This document shows positions 14,335 through 27,702 of a DNA stretch of 64,000 bases, piece after piece. The notes under the pieces were generated by a model that searched no databases, was not told the DNA's origin, and saw only the letters and a list, made by a program, of their open reading frames with translations. Each line of letters starts with the position of its first letter. Position 1 is the stretch's first letter. The stretch is from Lepidodermella squamata (Eukaryota > Animalia > Gastrotricha), in contig JBLDXI010000041.1 in assembly GCA_047495785.1 (NCBI GenBank), positions 62,001 to 126,000 of the forward strand. The letters run 5' to 3'. The translations under genes were made by a program, and so were the position numbers.

Positions 14335-17300
14335 CTAAATGCGCTTAAAATTACCACGTAGAATTTTGACGAAGGCCCGCTTGAAATGCTTGTTCGCCAC
14401 AGCGTAGCAAATAGGATCTGAAAAGTGATGAAAAATAAACAAACTAATAAGAAAAGGTAAAAACTATGAGAGCCTGTGAGAGCTTGGCATTTTACTAAAA
14501 TGTTAAGGCATAGGTGCAGACCTCGAATAAAATAGATTGATCAATGTTGAAACTCACTTATTGGGCTGTTGAGATAGCAGAACCAGTAAGAAATGGCGTA
14601 GAGCGTATCGTTGACACATTCATTGCAGAACCCTTTCATGATGGCGAGAATATGGTAAGGTGTCCACGTTATTACGAAGACGCCCAGGATAAACGATATC
14701 ATGCGCAACGCCTTGTGAGCTCGGCTGTGGTAGGATCTGGGAGAGCTAGCTGGCCCCGAGGCCGCACCAGGAACTTTGTTGCTATTAGCTTTTACATTGG
14801 CACCAGCTTTCCCGACCGGAGGTTTGCGAGGCGGTCGTGAAGAACTCGTGTCAGTCGACCGTGACTCGTTGTTATCGCTGCTGACCAGCCTGCTGACATC
14901 TAGACGCTTGCGACTTGATGTCAGGCCTGTGCCTCGGCTGCGGATAAGTGACCCTGTCAGGTTGAAACCGAATCGCACGCCCTGACGGGTGCGGCGCAGT
15001 AACCGATCTATCCGGCGCTTTATCGTTTTTTCAGTCCGCGCTGAGGGCAAGTTTTCGAATGTCGTCGACTTCTTACTCAGCGAAGGATCGAGCCTCAAGC
15101 GGTAAATGGCATTCCCGGAAAATGGTGACATGTGTGGACGTGGAGGAAGTTGTAGGTTGGTACAAGGCAACGCTGTACCGCCATCATCGTCAATAAATTC
15201 GATGCCTATAAGCTGGAAAAAATTGGGAATAACAAATCAGAACGAAGAAGTACAAGGTAAAATTCGAAGCGGGTCAGCTTCTAAGATGTACAGAAACCGA
15301 TCCGCTAAGAATAAAATCTAGCTAAAATGCTAGCATGTGTCTATTTTCACATAAAAACATCCATATTTTTGAGTTCCAACAACTGGCCTTACTTCATCGA
15401 CTGGGACTTTGAGAAGGCCGCCGACGGTGAGCACTGGCTCCAAATCGCTGTAGCTGCGGCGAATGGGCCCGATCGGGGCTGGCTCAACAGTGTCATCTTT
15501 GGATGGGCTGCTGTCCATAGCCCCAGCGGGTGCGGTGACAAAAATCCGCTCTTCGGGCGGCGTTGACCGAGCGCGCGATTCTACCAACGGTGCAGATTCA
15601 CCCCCTCTGCTCGCAGTTGCCTTTTGGCGCCGGCGGAAGAAAGAGGCGCGAGCCGGTGGTCGATTGTCGTCCGTCGCTGTCATCGTCGTAGTCGTCGTAT
15701 TATTGCTAGGTTGCTCGTGGTGTAGAAACGTGTGCGACAGCAACAGGTTGTGAGGAGCCGCGTCGTCGTCCCGCTCGCTACTCGCCCCAACAGCCGGCGT
15801 CTTTACCGGAGTAGGGTTCGGCGGTGGGGGCGGCACAGCGACGGCAACGCCGAATGCGGCAGCAGACGAAAGCAAACGGATATTGGGAGCACTTGGCTTG
15901 CTCTTGCGAGTGGTTGACCACGAGTGGGAAGAGGTTGATTTATCGTCATCATCGTCTTCGTCAGTTGTCGCCGATATGTGCCGCCCGGATCCGGCCGAGT
16001 CGCGTCGACCCGCTGTTGTAGACGACGCAGGTGCAGGTGCACCCAGTCGTCCTATTGCCGCCTGGGCCAGCTTCATGTGAACCATTTGAGCACGCTGTGA
16101 AGAAAACACGAATGGTTTAAATGGAAAATTATTGATTAAAAAGAGATGCCTTAAATTCAGCTTTTCGCCTTGTCTCCATTTCCCACGCCTTGCGGTAGAT
16201 GAAAGTGTACAGAATACTGATAACAAACAGGGTCACCCAGTAGTACAAAATGACTAGAATCGTGTTGAATAGAGGATTCTCCATAAATTGAGCGTAGCAA
16301 CTGCAATTGTAAAGTTGAATCTTCAATTTCATGGCATTCCTATCTTCATAAAAATAACCAACTTGTTCACGGGAACAGTGCGTTCGCCAACGAAGAACTG
16401 CCAACCGGTTATGGATGGAAAGAAGAGGAGCCATGAGCCGACCCAGATACCGGCTACGATTAATTTCGCGCGTTTCGTTGTCAGCCACAGCCGGTAGGTG
16501 GCAGTGAATTTCACGACAAGAAATCGATCCAATGTGATGTAGAAAACCGTATATTGTGATACAAGGCACACCTGCGCGGAAAGGTGACAATTCAGTAACT
16601 GATTCAGTTGTGATTTCCAAGATCCAAAATTAAAACTAGGTTGATTTGATTTGGGCGATTTCGGAATGCGCATATTTCTCATGAGCAGCATAATAAAATT
16701 TTATCCTCATTTCAATTACACTAAAACGTCCAACGCTTTCTTGTAAAATTAAGAAACCATGAGCATCCTATTTGGTTATTTTTTTACCGTGTAGTCGAGC
16801 GAAAGCCAAAGGTCACAAGCGATCCAGCCGAGAGGCCAATTTTCGTCCAGCAGCAGGTACAGCGTGTATAGGGGCATCGAGAAGATGCCGATGAGCAAAT
16901 CGGCGAGGGCCAAGCTGACAATGAGGTAATTACCGGGCTGGCGAAGCGAACGGTCGATGGCGAAGGCCACCAGCACCAGGATATTGCCAAGCACCGTAAC
17001 GAGTGCGATGACGCCAGCCAGGAAGCTCAAAACCACCGTAGTTCCAACCGAGTGTCGCAAATGTACCTTTTAACAAACAGAAAGTTATAGATCGAATGGA
17101 AATTAATTTGGAAAGAGAGTCGAATCCAGGCCGTGAAATTGGAATATTAACTTGGGCTTCGACCAGTGACCTTCAGTGACCTAGATTTGTTAAATCCTAT
17201 ATAACTTAAGCAAACGACTCGTTAAGATCCCCTACAAACTGGAATGTGTTTGATATGACATAATTACTGCTGAGTTTTACATATTCCTGATGCGGATGTT

Positions 17301-17581
17301 GAGTTGCTCAATTTTCATGTAACATGTAAAACTGGTTGGTACATGTGACATGTAACATGGAGTAAAGTGTCGCTTACTTGTAGAAAAAAGTGCATGGCGG
17401 CCGGCCCAACGCTTGGCATAACTGTTGGCGCGGCCGTCGAAGTCGCATTCAGCAGGGCGGTGGCGAACATGGCTGCTTCGTTGTCATCTCCGAGGATCGG
17501 CGGCACCCCTGCACCCACCGCCGCCTCGGCGCCGCTGCCCGCCGAAGCGCCATCGGTCAGGAGCGAAGCTGCAACGCTCAT
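14335..17581 (-). CDS. mAChR-B: Muscarinic acetylcholine receptor, invertebrate B-type, multi-exon with a long third intracellular loop
   Basis: TM1-3 GNILVLVAF...NYLIVSLALADLLIG...CDLWLSLDYT|VCLVSQYTVFYITLDRF. TM5 QFMENPLFNTILVILYYWVTL. TM6 RAHKALRMISFILGVFVITWTPYHIL. TM7 YWFCYLNSPI|NPICYAVANKHFKRAF, stop at 14335. VCLVSQYTV and WTPYH are B-type rather than A-type (ASNASV, WTPYN) signatures. Confidence 0.9.
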
Positions 17582-20500
17582 GGCGGGCACGCCTCGCGCC
17601 GCGTCGAACCACGTGCCGCGCGTGTCGACAGCATTGAGCCGAGTAATAAACGAGCAAACCCTAAGAAATGCAAAGTTGAAAAAACGTCATCAGGCGGCGT
17701 TATGTATGGGCGCCGCTAATGCAATCGCTCGCGCGTGCCTGCACACGGCTGGCTGAAGGGACAGCCGCCCGAGGGCTGTTGATGCCCGCTGTGCAGCCAT
17801 TTGTCAAACATGGCGCGCAATAATGCGATTCACCGCGAACTTGACCGGCATGCCATTAGTCGATACAAGTATTCCTCGCTTCTCGTTTAGAAACCTAGTT
17901 GCGTGATATTCAACAAGTACCATGAAGCCACGCGGGACTCTGCGGCAAAAACGCACGCCGACGCATAAGCGAGAAAGTGAATATGGGAGAAAAAAACGAA
18001 ATTAACCCGCCATGCGTGACGCGCCGTCAGAACGAAGAGTCATTTGATGACAAGAGAGGCGAGTCCGCCATCATCACTGTATTAGCGCGAACGAATTGTT
18101 GTAGCCAGTGCGAGCGTGTGTAAACTCGTTAGCGTCGCACAGACTGGCCTGCGGCTTTTTTCGGCGCTTACACGAATAGCCGCTGGAAATGTATTGTCAC
18201 ACATATAGCGCTGTACCTGTGTGGCCAGCGGATGTCAAAGGCTAAAATAATTTCTGTTCGTAAAAAAAGGGCCAGTCTTGATCGATATTTCAATAGAAAC
18301 GTTGTGCCATCTACCGCCTGGTTGCGAAACGGGGACATGAACGCGATCAGGAAGCATAGTTTTTGTCACGAGCTACAAAACGAACGCGGCCAAAAAATGC
18401 CATCATGGCCATCATACAGCGTACGTTCACCCAGTCGGCATCAGCGTGAACCTGATTGCCGTTAGGAGCAGCGCACTTCCGAGACATTAAAAAAAGCGCA
18501 GATTCGACGAATCGATTGTTATCACCGGAGTTCATATCGCTGCGGCGATAAAAAGCGCGTGCGCAATAAATGGCTATTGCTGAGCGAGTCGGCGCTGGCT
18601 GGCTGTATCATCAGCAACAGCAGCAGCCGATTACAACGCGCTTGCGAAGGCGATATTTACGAAAAGCGATATAGTACCACGAGCCATTAATGAACACGTA
18701 CAGATTATTGCCGGCGCGGTGTGGTTGTGTATGCTGGACGGGCGAAAACGAAAACATAAAATAGCTAACCCTGTTTGGAAGCTAAAATCTATTGGCGATT
18801 GATGCAACGCTGCTTGTCATGTTTACTAGCCGGCCACAGCGAAAGGACAACAAATTTGCTGCCATTGCTGAAAAATGATGATTGTTCAGCGAAAGTCAAG
18901 GCCGTGATTTACAAGCTAAAACGGTTAAGAAAAACATCAAGTCCAACATCAACATGACTACTCAAATATATAGTTTAAAAAAACGTAGAATAATAATACA
19001 AAACGCTGTTGCTGTTGAAAGTGGAAAAGAAAGCAAGCGCGGCTTGTTTGCATTCTCATTCATCAAGGAGCATATTCCTACAGTCTCGCATCGATTGGCA
19101 AAATTACAACCCGAGGTGAGCGGCAATGCTGGAAATCAAGAGTTTTACTAGCCTCTGAGGACATTTCGACCAACTTTAACTATACAACTAATACAGATGT
19201 GTTATATAAACAGCGCTTTAGTTTCGTTTTTAATCAGTGAAAGTGGAGAGATTGGGTGCCTAACGCGATGACATGAAATTACTTGTCACCTGAAAGATCC
19301 TAAAGGATATCCTCGGATTCCTGGAGTTATATACCCAGTCTCGACGAATAAGTGCACTAAACAAGGTCGTATTTTAACGAAGTTGGAAATTTTGTATAAA
19401 ACAGCTATGCCTACACATGCTTGAAAATGTAAGTAACGCTTCGTATAGCATTGTTTTTTAGAAAACGGTGAAAAAGCATGCAGCTCTTAGTGTGCGGGTG
19501 ATTATCGATTTCGATTATTTCATGGTGTTTGTATTGTTTCAATGGGTCTCACGAAAATTTTCATTTCCGCAGTTCAAAGTACACGTTTAATGTTTTCGCC
19601 GTCTTATATTGCGTATTTTATAGTGACCATTTTCATCTAGGCTAATATAGTTATAGATGAAAATGGCCACCTATAGGTGGTACTGCAGTGATCGATCAGA
19701 ATTCAAAAGAAAAATAATATAAATCGAAAAATGCCGACTACACTGAATAAGTAAAATATTATAAAATGCTCTTGAATGCTGATGATCATACTGTTCATTC
19801 ATTTTTCAATTTTTAGCTGGAATATTTTGACGTGTAGCAAATGCAGTTGAGTATCCGATCGATAGAGGACTGACTTTTTTCAAAATTAAAGATTGAGGTA
19901 CGCTACAAGACGCCGCCACTTCATATTAGAAAGTACTTGTAGGTGCGAGAGGATCTCTTGAAAATTGGCAGGTCTCTTCGACGTCCAAGAAAACAAAACA
20001 TGTAAAAAAATGCATGTAAAAGCGGCGAAAAAATCGACGCTTGTGTCATCAGAGCAGTGCCGATGAGCAAGGTTATAAAACCGAAGGATAGCGTTCTGAT
20101 TAATACTTCGCGTTATGCATTGGCCGTTGGGTATTATATAACGCGCTCGGCCGGCCGCAAAAAAAACAGCGAGCGAGATTGGCACCTCGAGTTTGACTTA
20201 TGCCTATGTCGCTCTGATCGGTCCGCCGCGCTCATTAAAGCCAACCGCGCGCATGCGATGTGCCGAGTCCCAGCATCGCGCGCCGCAACCCGATCGATGC
20301 TGGCAGCGATCTGACAATGTCAGGAGTGGCGACTATAAGTCACTGCTCAAGTCGAAGCCGTGCTTAAAATTCAACGCGAGCAGCCAACTGCAAATCTTTT
20401 TAATTCGAAAATAGCGCTAATACAATTACGGGCAATACAAGCCGTCAATCACTGATCACTTCACGCTTGAAATCTGAAACCAAACTAATAAAAACAAAGA

Positions 20501-21481
20501 ACCTGATTCTATGGATATTCCAAGTTTCTTCTTTAAATAGTGCGATAGTTTATGCATGGTTACTTGAAAAGCGTTATTTCGAGGGATCGACCTGACCGTG
20601 TTGCTTAAATACCAAAGGCTAAAACAAAAAACCCTATTTACGTTCGGCGATCACATTATTTTTCCGACAGAAGCTCAGATAAGATGGATGAGCATCCTGA
20701 CAGATGAGCAGGTGGTGAAGACCATTCAAGGGCAATTTTTTATTCTAAGCAATTATATTGTAATTTATATTTAGAATATTTTCAAGACACAAGGCATCAT
20801 AAATCAATAAGTATTTATCGTTATATAGTCCATCAAAAATGGGCTGCGCTGCCTTGTTGTTTTGTTGCTCTACGGAGGCCGAAGTACTATCTATTTGCTA
20901 TCGAAGAACGACGACGAGCTTATAGGCATGATCCAAAGAAGCTCTTACCGTTGCCGTAATTAACAAGGAAAAAGCTTTGCGAGAGCTTTTAGCTTTTTAT
21001 ATGTCACGGCGAGTACTGCTAAATAACTAAAAATCTCATCAATCTGAATCACGTGATTGGACTTGGCAGACCGCAGGTTTGAATTGACGAAAAACGGTAA
21101 CTACAGCACTACTTGGGGCTTGAAGCTCTGCTCTTGCGACATAATGATACCAGATAACGTTTTAGCTCGCTAAATTTGTGTTGATCTCCGAAAGCTAGTT
21201 AACTGTCTCAGGATTCTTGAGAAGTACCAAAAAATCAAAGAATCATCTATTCTATCGTTTTCTGTGCATTTGTTACGTCTGTAACGGACAGATCTCTTAT
21301 ATAGGGCAAAACAAGCGCTATATGCGTTTATAGTTGGCCAAACATGATTTCCAAGGTAATCGGATGATGAGATCAAAGAAATACCTGTAATATATGGCTG
21401 AGGACTATCGATTGATTCTTTATTCAAGCATTGGCACAAATTACAGTGTAAAAGACAAATTGATAAGATGACCATGAGATT

Positions 21482-22863
21482 TCAAAATTGAGATTGCCGT
21501 CGTTCGAATATTTCACCTAAAAAAATTCGCAAAACTTAAAGACTATAATATCAATAAGTGTCCCTATTACTTCGTTCGCAATGCTTGCCGGTCCAGCCTT
21601 GTTGGCAAAAACAGAGATTCGTAGGGGTACAAACACCTCGGTTGAGGCAAAAATTTCCGTTGCAGAGATCTAATTCGCACGACCGGCTTTCCTGCCTCGC
21701 ACCGTGTCCGTAGGAAGAAGCCTCAAGCCAGTCGATTTTTAGTTGGCGAAGGCAGCAAGAGGTTTCCACCCTAATCTGGATGTTTCAAATTTTATGTAAA
21801 GAATTATCGATTTCTGTTTTCAACTTGGAAAACGTGAAAAACCCACCCGGATATCGAGAGGCGAAGCTGAAGTCGGATCATTGGGATTCACCACGGATGT
21901 CCGTTTAATAAATCTATTCCAATAATTTTTATCGTCATTATCAGTCACAGGAGACGCGCTGCTGACGGAGACTGAAGAAATATGAGACGGTTGATGATCG
22001 AAGGGACGATCACGGAAATATCGCGAAGAAACAGGTCTCAGCCCGCCTTCAAGGTCGTTTGCACCTGATGATCGGGCCGAAATAGCTGCTGTTACAGTGA
22101 CGTCAACTGTCCACGAAGAGGCTTGGCAAGACGAGGCTGTGCTAAGGTAGCATTTATGGACATCGACAATGTTAATTCTACAGCGCTGAGGATCGGAAGA
22201 GGTCAGTTTATTGCCATCACGTCGGTAAACTGAAGGTCTCGGGGCCGGGTTCAAGTACACCAACCCATTTCCATCTCGAATTTTATTATCTGCGGGCGAT
22301 TCGACTGTGTAATAACGAACAGGTCGTCGTACTGTAGTTGGCTCTATAGGTTTCGGTTCGGAGTCGAGAAACATGTTTTGATGACCACGATGAAGTCTAT
22401 TAGGCATCAGGCGTGTTGCTGAAGTTCGCCGCTTCCTACCGCTTATTTTACTAAGAAAATTCTCCCATGCATGTTGGTCTTCGATCTCATTTTTCCGGTG
22501 ATACACTGGCTTTGAAGTTGTGGTAGTTGTAGTGGTCGTTGTCGTGGTAGTTGTTGTTGTTGGTCGCCGAGTTGTAGCAATTTTAGGGGCGACAACGTAA
22601 AACGGCATCCAAACTGGCGAAACGCCATCATCCGGCTGATTATCGAATTCTTCGATTTCATGCTCAAAATCGTCTATCTCCGGAGTCGGGGTTGGTGTTG
22701 TAGTTAAGCCGAGCAGCTCCTCAAGAACTCTACCGAATAGAGCGTCGTAGTCCTGTGAGGTATCGCCATCTTCATAGCTGGGTGATTCGGAAGAATCTCT
22801 AGATCTTGCGTAGCTTAGCGAAATCGCGGAGAAAACTATGCAAATCGTGTAAAACAGCTGCAT
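21482..22863 (-). CDS. Orphan secreted protein: signal peptide, acidic and poly-Thr region, Cys-containing domain, C-terminal EGF-like repeat
   Basis: Hydrophobic N-terminus MQLFYTICIVFSAISLSYA. Splicing in phase joins the 347-aa ORF to an exon with CNGNFCLNRGVCTPTNLCFCQQGWTGKHCE (EGF pattern). The short last exon (SEIFERRQSQF*) is predicted, so the 3' end is less certain. Confidence 0.7.
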
Positions 22864-24784
22864 TTTCCAACGGGGTCAACAAACCCACGGAGTCAATGGC
22901 GGAGAATTAAATGTGCACATTATGATAAATTATCATCGTAATTTTTCGAAAACAAACTTCTATCAGGTAAACATGTCAATTAATAAAACAACAAAAAATG
23001 GATTTTTATGGCGAATATTTGCGAAAAGATTTTCCCCATATCATTTGAAGTGTGTTGTTTTTGCGGGCCTTTTGTGAGTCGCCAAGCGCAGGTGAGATAT
23101 AATTTTCACTGTTATTAGACTAGACGTTTTACAAAGCTTGCTAAAGTCTTACTTGAATTACAGTGCTTTTCCTTAACAAAACGAGTAACACACGTAAACC
23201 ATTTCAATACAGCGAGGAGTTTAATTCAATTATCTTATTATGTCGCAAAGCCAAAAGCGAATTCAAGTGGCATAAATATGGCGCATAGTGCGCTCTCAAG
23301 GCTTTCGGCGGTTGCGAAAGTGCGCCATTGCTCGGCTTTGCGACGCCGATGCCGTGTATTGGCGTGTTAACTATGCCTCAAGAGGCATGTTCACGAGTAC
23401 GTCGACGCCAACCCTACGCTCAATGGCCGACGGCACGTTCAATGATTTTCAGCCACGTCGATAAAACTTTCAACTCGATTTTATTATAACATGAAGCTGG
23501 TAATTAATGGTCGTTCCGCGCTAGCGTTAATAGTTTATTGCAATTAATGGCTATTCACTTCACTGACTCGCTATGCGATTCTGATAGTTTGGAAGTGGTC
23601 AGGTCAGCATTCAGATATCAGCTGATTAATAGTGTAGGCGTTGAAAATTGAGCTGATTGATAAAATGGACATTCACAATTCACATCGCCCTCGTGTGAAT
23701 GAAAAACCAATAAAGCCTGAGCGTGGAAGGTCATATGCTACGTTCACCCACTGTAGGACGCCCGTAAAAAAACATAGTATCTTTTCGTCATTTTCATTGT
23801 TGATTTCCGATCAAAAACCAATTGCACCTGAGGGTAAATAATGATAATATGAGCGAGTGAGTTCGATTTTGATGCACTTTCAGCATCACTGCTAGAAGGT
23901 GTTGTTTATCTATCGTCTGTTATTCTAATATATTGATTTCACAAAAATTTGATTTGTTTTGAGAGGTTGCTTTGTTTCACCGCATCATATAGAACAAAAT
24001 AGATGAAGTTCGTCTGTGTTTTGCGCCGATTGATTTGTGACTCATTCTCGAGCTATTCCTTCATAAAAAAGAGCCGACAACGACTGTTCTATTTTCACCT
24101 GCAATCGGACCCATACATGCCAAAAATTAATCAAATCAGACATGAGTTAGGACGAGCATATCCTGCATAAGGATTCGCCACGCACTGTTAAGAACGAGGG
24201 CGAAAATACAAATCACACTAAAAATCACGTGAAACAAACTAGGGCTTGTGCTGGGATAACAGCCTCCTCAATTTTTGTAAGATTCAACCGCTTTACTCAA
24301 CGTCACGATGAAAATGTCTATTCCTCCTATTCTTACCGACTGGTCCACTTTTCTATTAGACTAGATATGTTTCGCGAATGATCTGCAAAAATATTCAAAC
24401 GAGTCCTATCGAATAGGCGACATCGATGTAAATTTAATTGCAAATTTTTTCTTTTATTACCCAAATTATGCGTACCGCTTTTCAAGTCGAATGCGCGGCG
24501 TAAGATGAACCATTTATACAGTTTTATCTTGATAGGATAATTATACGTCATCGGCGGTGACAAATATTTGCCAATCTATCTTGGCCTCTTGGTCGATGAT
24601 TGCTTCTATTCCGATCACATTATTTATCGTCTAGACTCAAGACGCCAATGAGAAGTATCTTCCTCCTTTTTCACTTGAAAATAATATAGGCAGATGGTAT
24701 CAAATTACGTAGCTATTATAGGAAGGCCAAAAAGAGATTTCGTTTCATTTTTCATTGAGAATTTGTTCCCTTTGAGTCCGGAGT

Positions 24785-25342
24785 CCGGGATTTGCAGGGA
24801 TTTCTTTTATATACTCTATCGATATTTTCACCTGTTTGGCTGTTTCATGTTCAGCGAATAGTGCGTTAAAATCACTTGACTTTTCGCAGCTTGCAAGCTA
24901 TGAATTATTCAGCATCAGAATGGGTGGGTGTGGTGGCGTGTGACGGCGCCCTTCTTTCACACCATCACTCAGCATATATCGCGAATATGAACGGCTTTAC
25001 TGTAGAAATAAAACTTGACGCAAAATCGTCACATGGCTTCCTTATTCAATGTGTAAGTCGCTTTCAATACAATTTCAGTCTCAGGTAGCATTAAGGGCAC
25101 TTTAAGCTGATTTGTGGTGGGAAGTGCTTCCCCTCAAAAGGGTCTTTTGGAAAAATTAATTCTCAAATTTAGTTATTCCCCTCGATTTTTATCGCCGCCG
25201 AAAACTCTGCGCATTTGCTCTCTGTGTTTCCGCTTGGGAAAAGTGGCATTTATAAATGAATACACGCCTTCATTGAAATCGATAATTTCCAATCTTTTCG
25301 CTCAACTGTTATGAAATACGTAATAATACCCGCAAATCCCTG
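24785..25342. mobile_element. Possible old hAT-type MITE upstream of the GPCR
   Basis: Imperfect 14-bp terminal inverted repeats CCGGGATTTGCAGG / CCCGCAAATCCCTG (12/14), with a CAGGG-type terminus. No clean 8-bp TSD. Confidence 0.3.
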
Positions 25343-25885
25343 TTCGGTTCTATTTTTTCGGTATAGATACATATGCTTAGTCTAGCTCATTTAGAAAGGT
25401 GCTGATCCAGCTTTGGGATTAGACAGTTTTACGCCATCTTTTGATTGAGAGGAGCCTTCGAGAACAAGTTGCGGAGGTTAGATCGAAAGTTCTGATTTTA
25501 GGCTTGTTTTCGGCACCTTGATGATGTCACGATTTTCTCACATCCTGTTTGCTCGGAAACACACCCGCTTATGTCGATATTGCACCGGATATTTATCCGG
25601 CCTTTTAACGCTCGTTATATTTAATAGTGGAAAAACGTATTGAGCGAACTCAATTTTTTACCTGAAGAGCCTCCCAAATTTGCATGAATAATTTTCGTGC
25701 GTAAATCCGAACTTGTCAGTTCGATGGATATACTTCGTAAATCAATCAAAGGTTTCATATGATGTCTGTCATGTCCAATTATCTGCACGCGCTACCTTTT
25801 ATTGGCTGAAAAATCTTGAACACATGTGTCAATCAGCGTTTTCGCTTTTTACGTTTAGATTTTTTTTTATGAAACTGGGGCTGGA

Positions 25886-27702
25886 ATGACCTCAAGTCGG
25901 GCCTCAGTAGTGCCGCCGTTCATCAGCGAAGCTATTTTCTACGACGAAGCTTTGTTGGCTCTCGATACGACCGATGAGCCCATTCCCGGTGAAGATGAAA
26001 ATGAACCAATCGAAGCGAATGAAATTTTCATGAACTATGCGTCGGTGAAGGCAGTTTTTATCTGCTGTTATGCGTGCATTTTCCTATTCGGCGTCCTTAG
26101 CAACGGCGTCATGTTACTAGTCGGCCTGTCGAACTGGTGGAATGACGTAAACAGAACGCCCTCAGCAAAATATCCTCAATTGAATAACAACGCCCGCGGG
26201 AACAACACCGTAGCTGTGACGAATCTACTTGTAGCTAATTTAGCAGCGGGCGACATTGTGTTGTGCCTTTTCGGAGCTCCATCAACGCCGTATTCTTACT
26301 ATTCAACATCATGGGAATTGGGCTCGCTGGCGTGCCGATTTTTGCCATGCACTCTGATCACTTCAGTATGCGTTATTTCATTCACTTCCACCGTGTTGGC
26401 AGTCGATCGACACCTGGCGATATGCTATCCGGCTCAAAAGCGACTCGATGTTCGATGGACCTTTATCATAATTGCGATAATTTGGTTCGTATCGATAATT
26501 TTCAGCGTCCCGCTTTTCATGGCCAACAATCTAATTCAGACGGATGAAGAAAATCCCGATGTGGTGCGATGTCAAGAAAATTGGGCTAATATTGAGATGC
26601 AACGCCTCTTTTCTACAACCGTTCTGGTTATGCAGTTCGGTTTACCGTTCGCAGTTATTTTCTACTGCTACGGAGCAATTTTTCTAGTCATTCGAGCGCA
26701 GGATAGTTTCCGCTCGAAAGCCGCAGCTCACGTTACAGTCATGCCGCTAGCCGTTGGACTATCTGACTGGCAGGTTAATGATACGCCAGTTGTGGCTAAA
26801 CCGATTAGGAAAGCGAGTCAAAAGGGAGGGTCGGGTTTAGCCACCCTGCCGAGCGATGGCTGTTTCGGCAAATGTACCTTTGTTTCGCTGATGTTCGACG
26901 CGCGATTTATGCGAACGACGCGCATTTTGCTGTCGATGATATCTGTTTTCATGGCTTGTTGGCTCCCGATCAATTTTTTGCTGATTCTTAGCGATTTTTT
27001 CACGGCGAATTTGTGGGCGTCAACTCGATGGTACTCGCTGGCTTACTTCTCAGCTCACGTGATCGCCATGTCCTCGACCCTTTGGAACCCGCTTCTATAT
27101 GGTTCGCGGTTTCTATATATATTATTGACCGGTTATTTTTATCTCATTTTTACGTAGGCTGGATGAACGACAATTTTCGCAAAGAGCTCGTGCGAACTAT
27201 GTCATTTGTACGAGGCAATAAACGCGAGAGCAGCAGTGTCATAGTGGCTGATGATGAGACGTTTGTAAACAGCCCCCCGAACGAGGCTCTCGCTCGAAAC
27301 AGCGCGACGTCGACTACATCACCGCTGATTAATGATGGCAATTACAAGCTATTAGACGGATATGCGGAAATTGCGCCTTCGCATCGCCTAACAAGGCTTC
27401 CGACCGCCTCTGAAACTAGCCAAAAAACTGCTGCAACGGTACTCGCGCTTAGCAACATCATCGATGAGGAGGACAGCGGTGCAATTTCGTCCTTCGAAAA
27501 TTCCGGTTCTAATTTCGGTACACCGAGTCAACAAAACGATGAGTCAGAAGAGACAATTCATAAGGAACAATACGAAAATCACACAGAGAGTGAAGTTAAC
27601 AAAGCTGTGATTGGCGAGAGAGATCGCAGTGCCGTTGATATAAATTGTTTATCGAACTACGATGAATCCTCCGATCAAAACACGCTTTTCGACTATAGAT
27701 AA
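25886..27702 (+). CDS. Rhodopsin-class neuropeptide GPCR, sNPF/prolactin-releasing peptide/NPY(F) receptor group; one intron ~27102-27158
   Basis: Seven hydrophobic segments. Motifs VTNLLVANLAAGDIVLCLFGAPSTP, AVDRHLAICYP, RCQENW, QFGLP, CWLPIN and AHVIAMSSTLWNPLLYG|WMNDNFRKEL, closely resembling sNPF-R/PrRP-R TM7 ([25 protein letters not shown]). Confidence 0.88.

Noticed and set aside
21170-21475. 101-aa minus ORF with a hydrophobic start just after the EGF gene
   Set aside because: No recognisable motif. It lies in the expected 3' UTR and cannot be supported as a gene.
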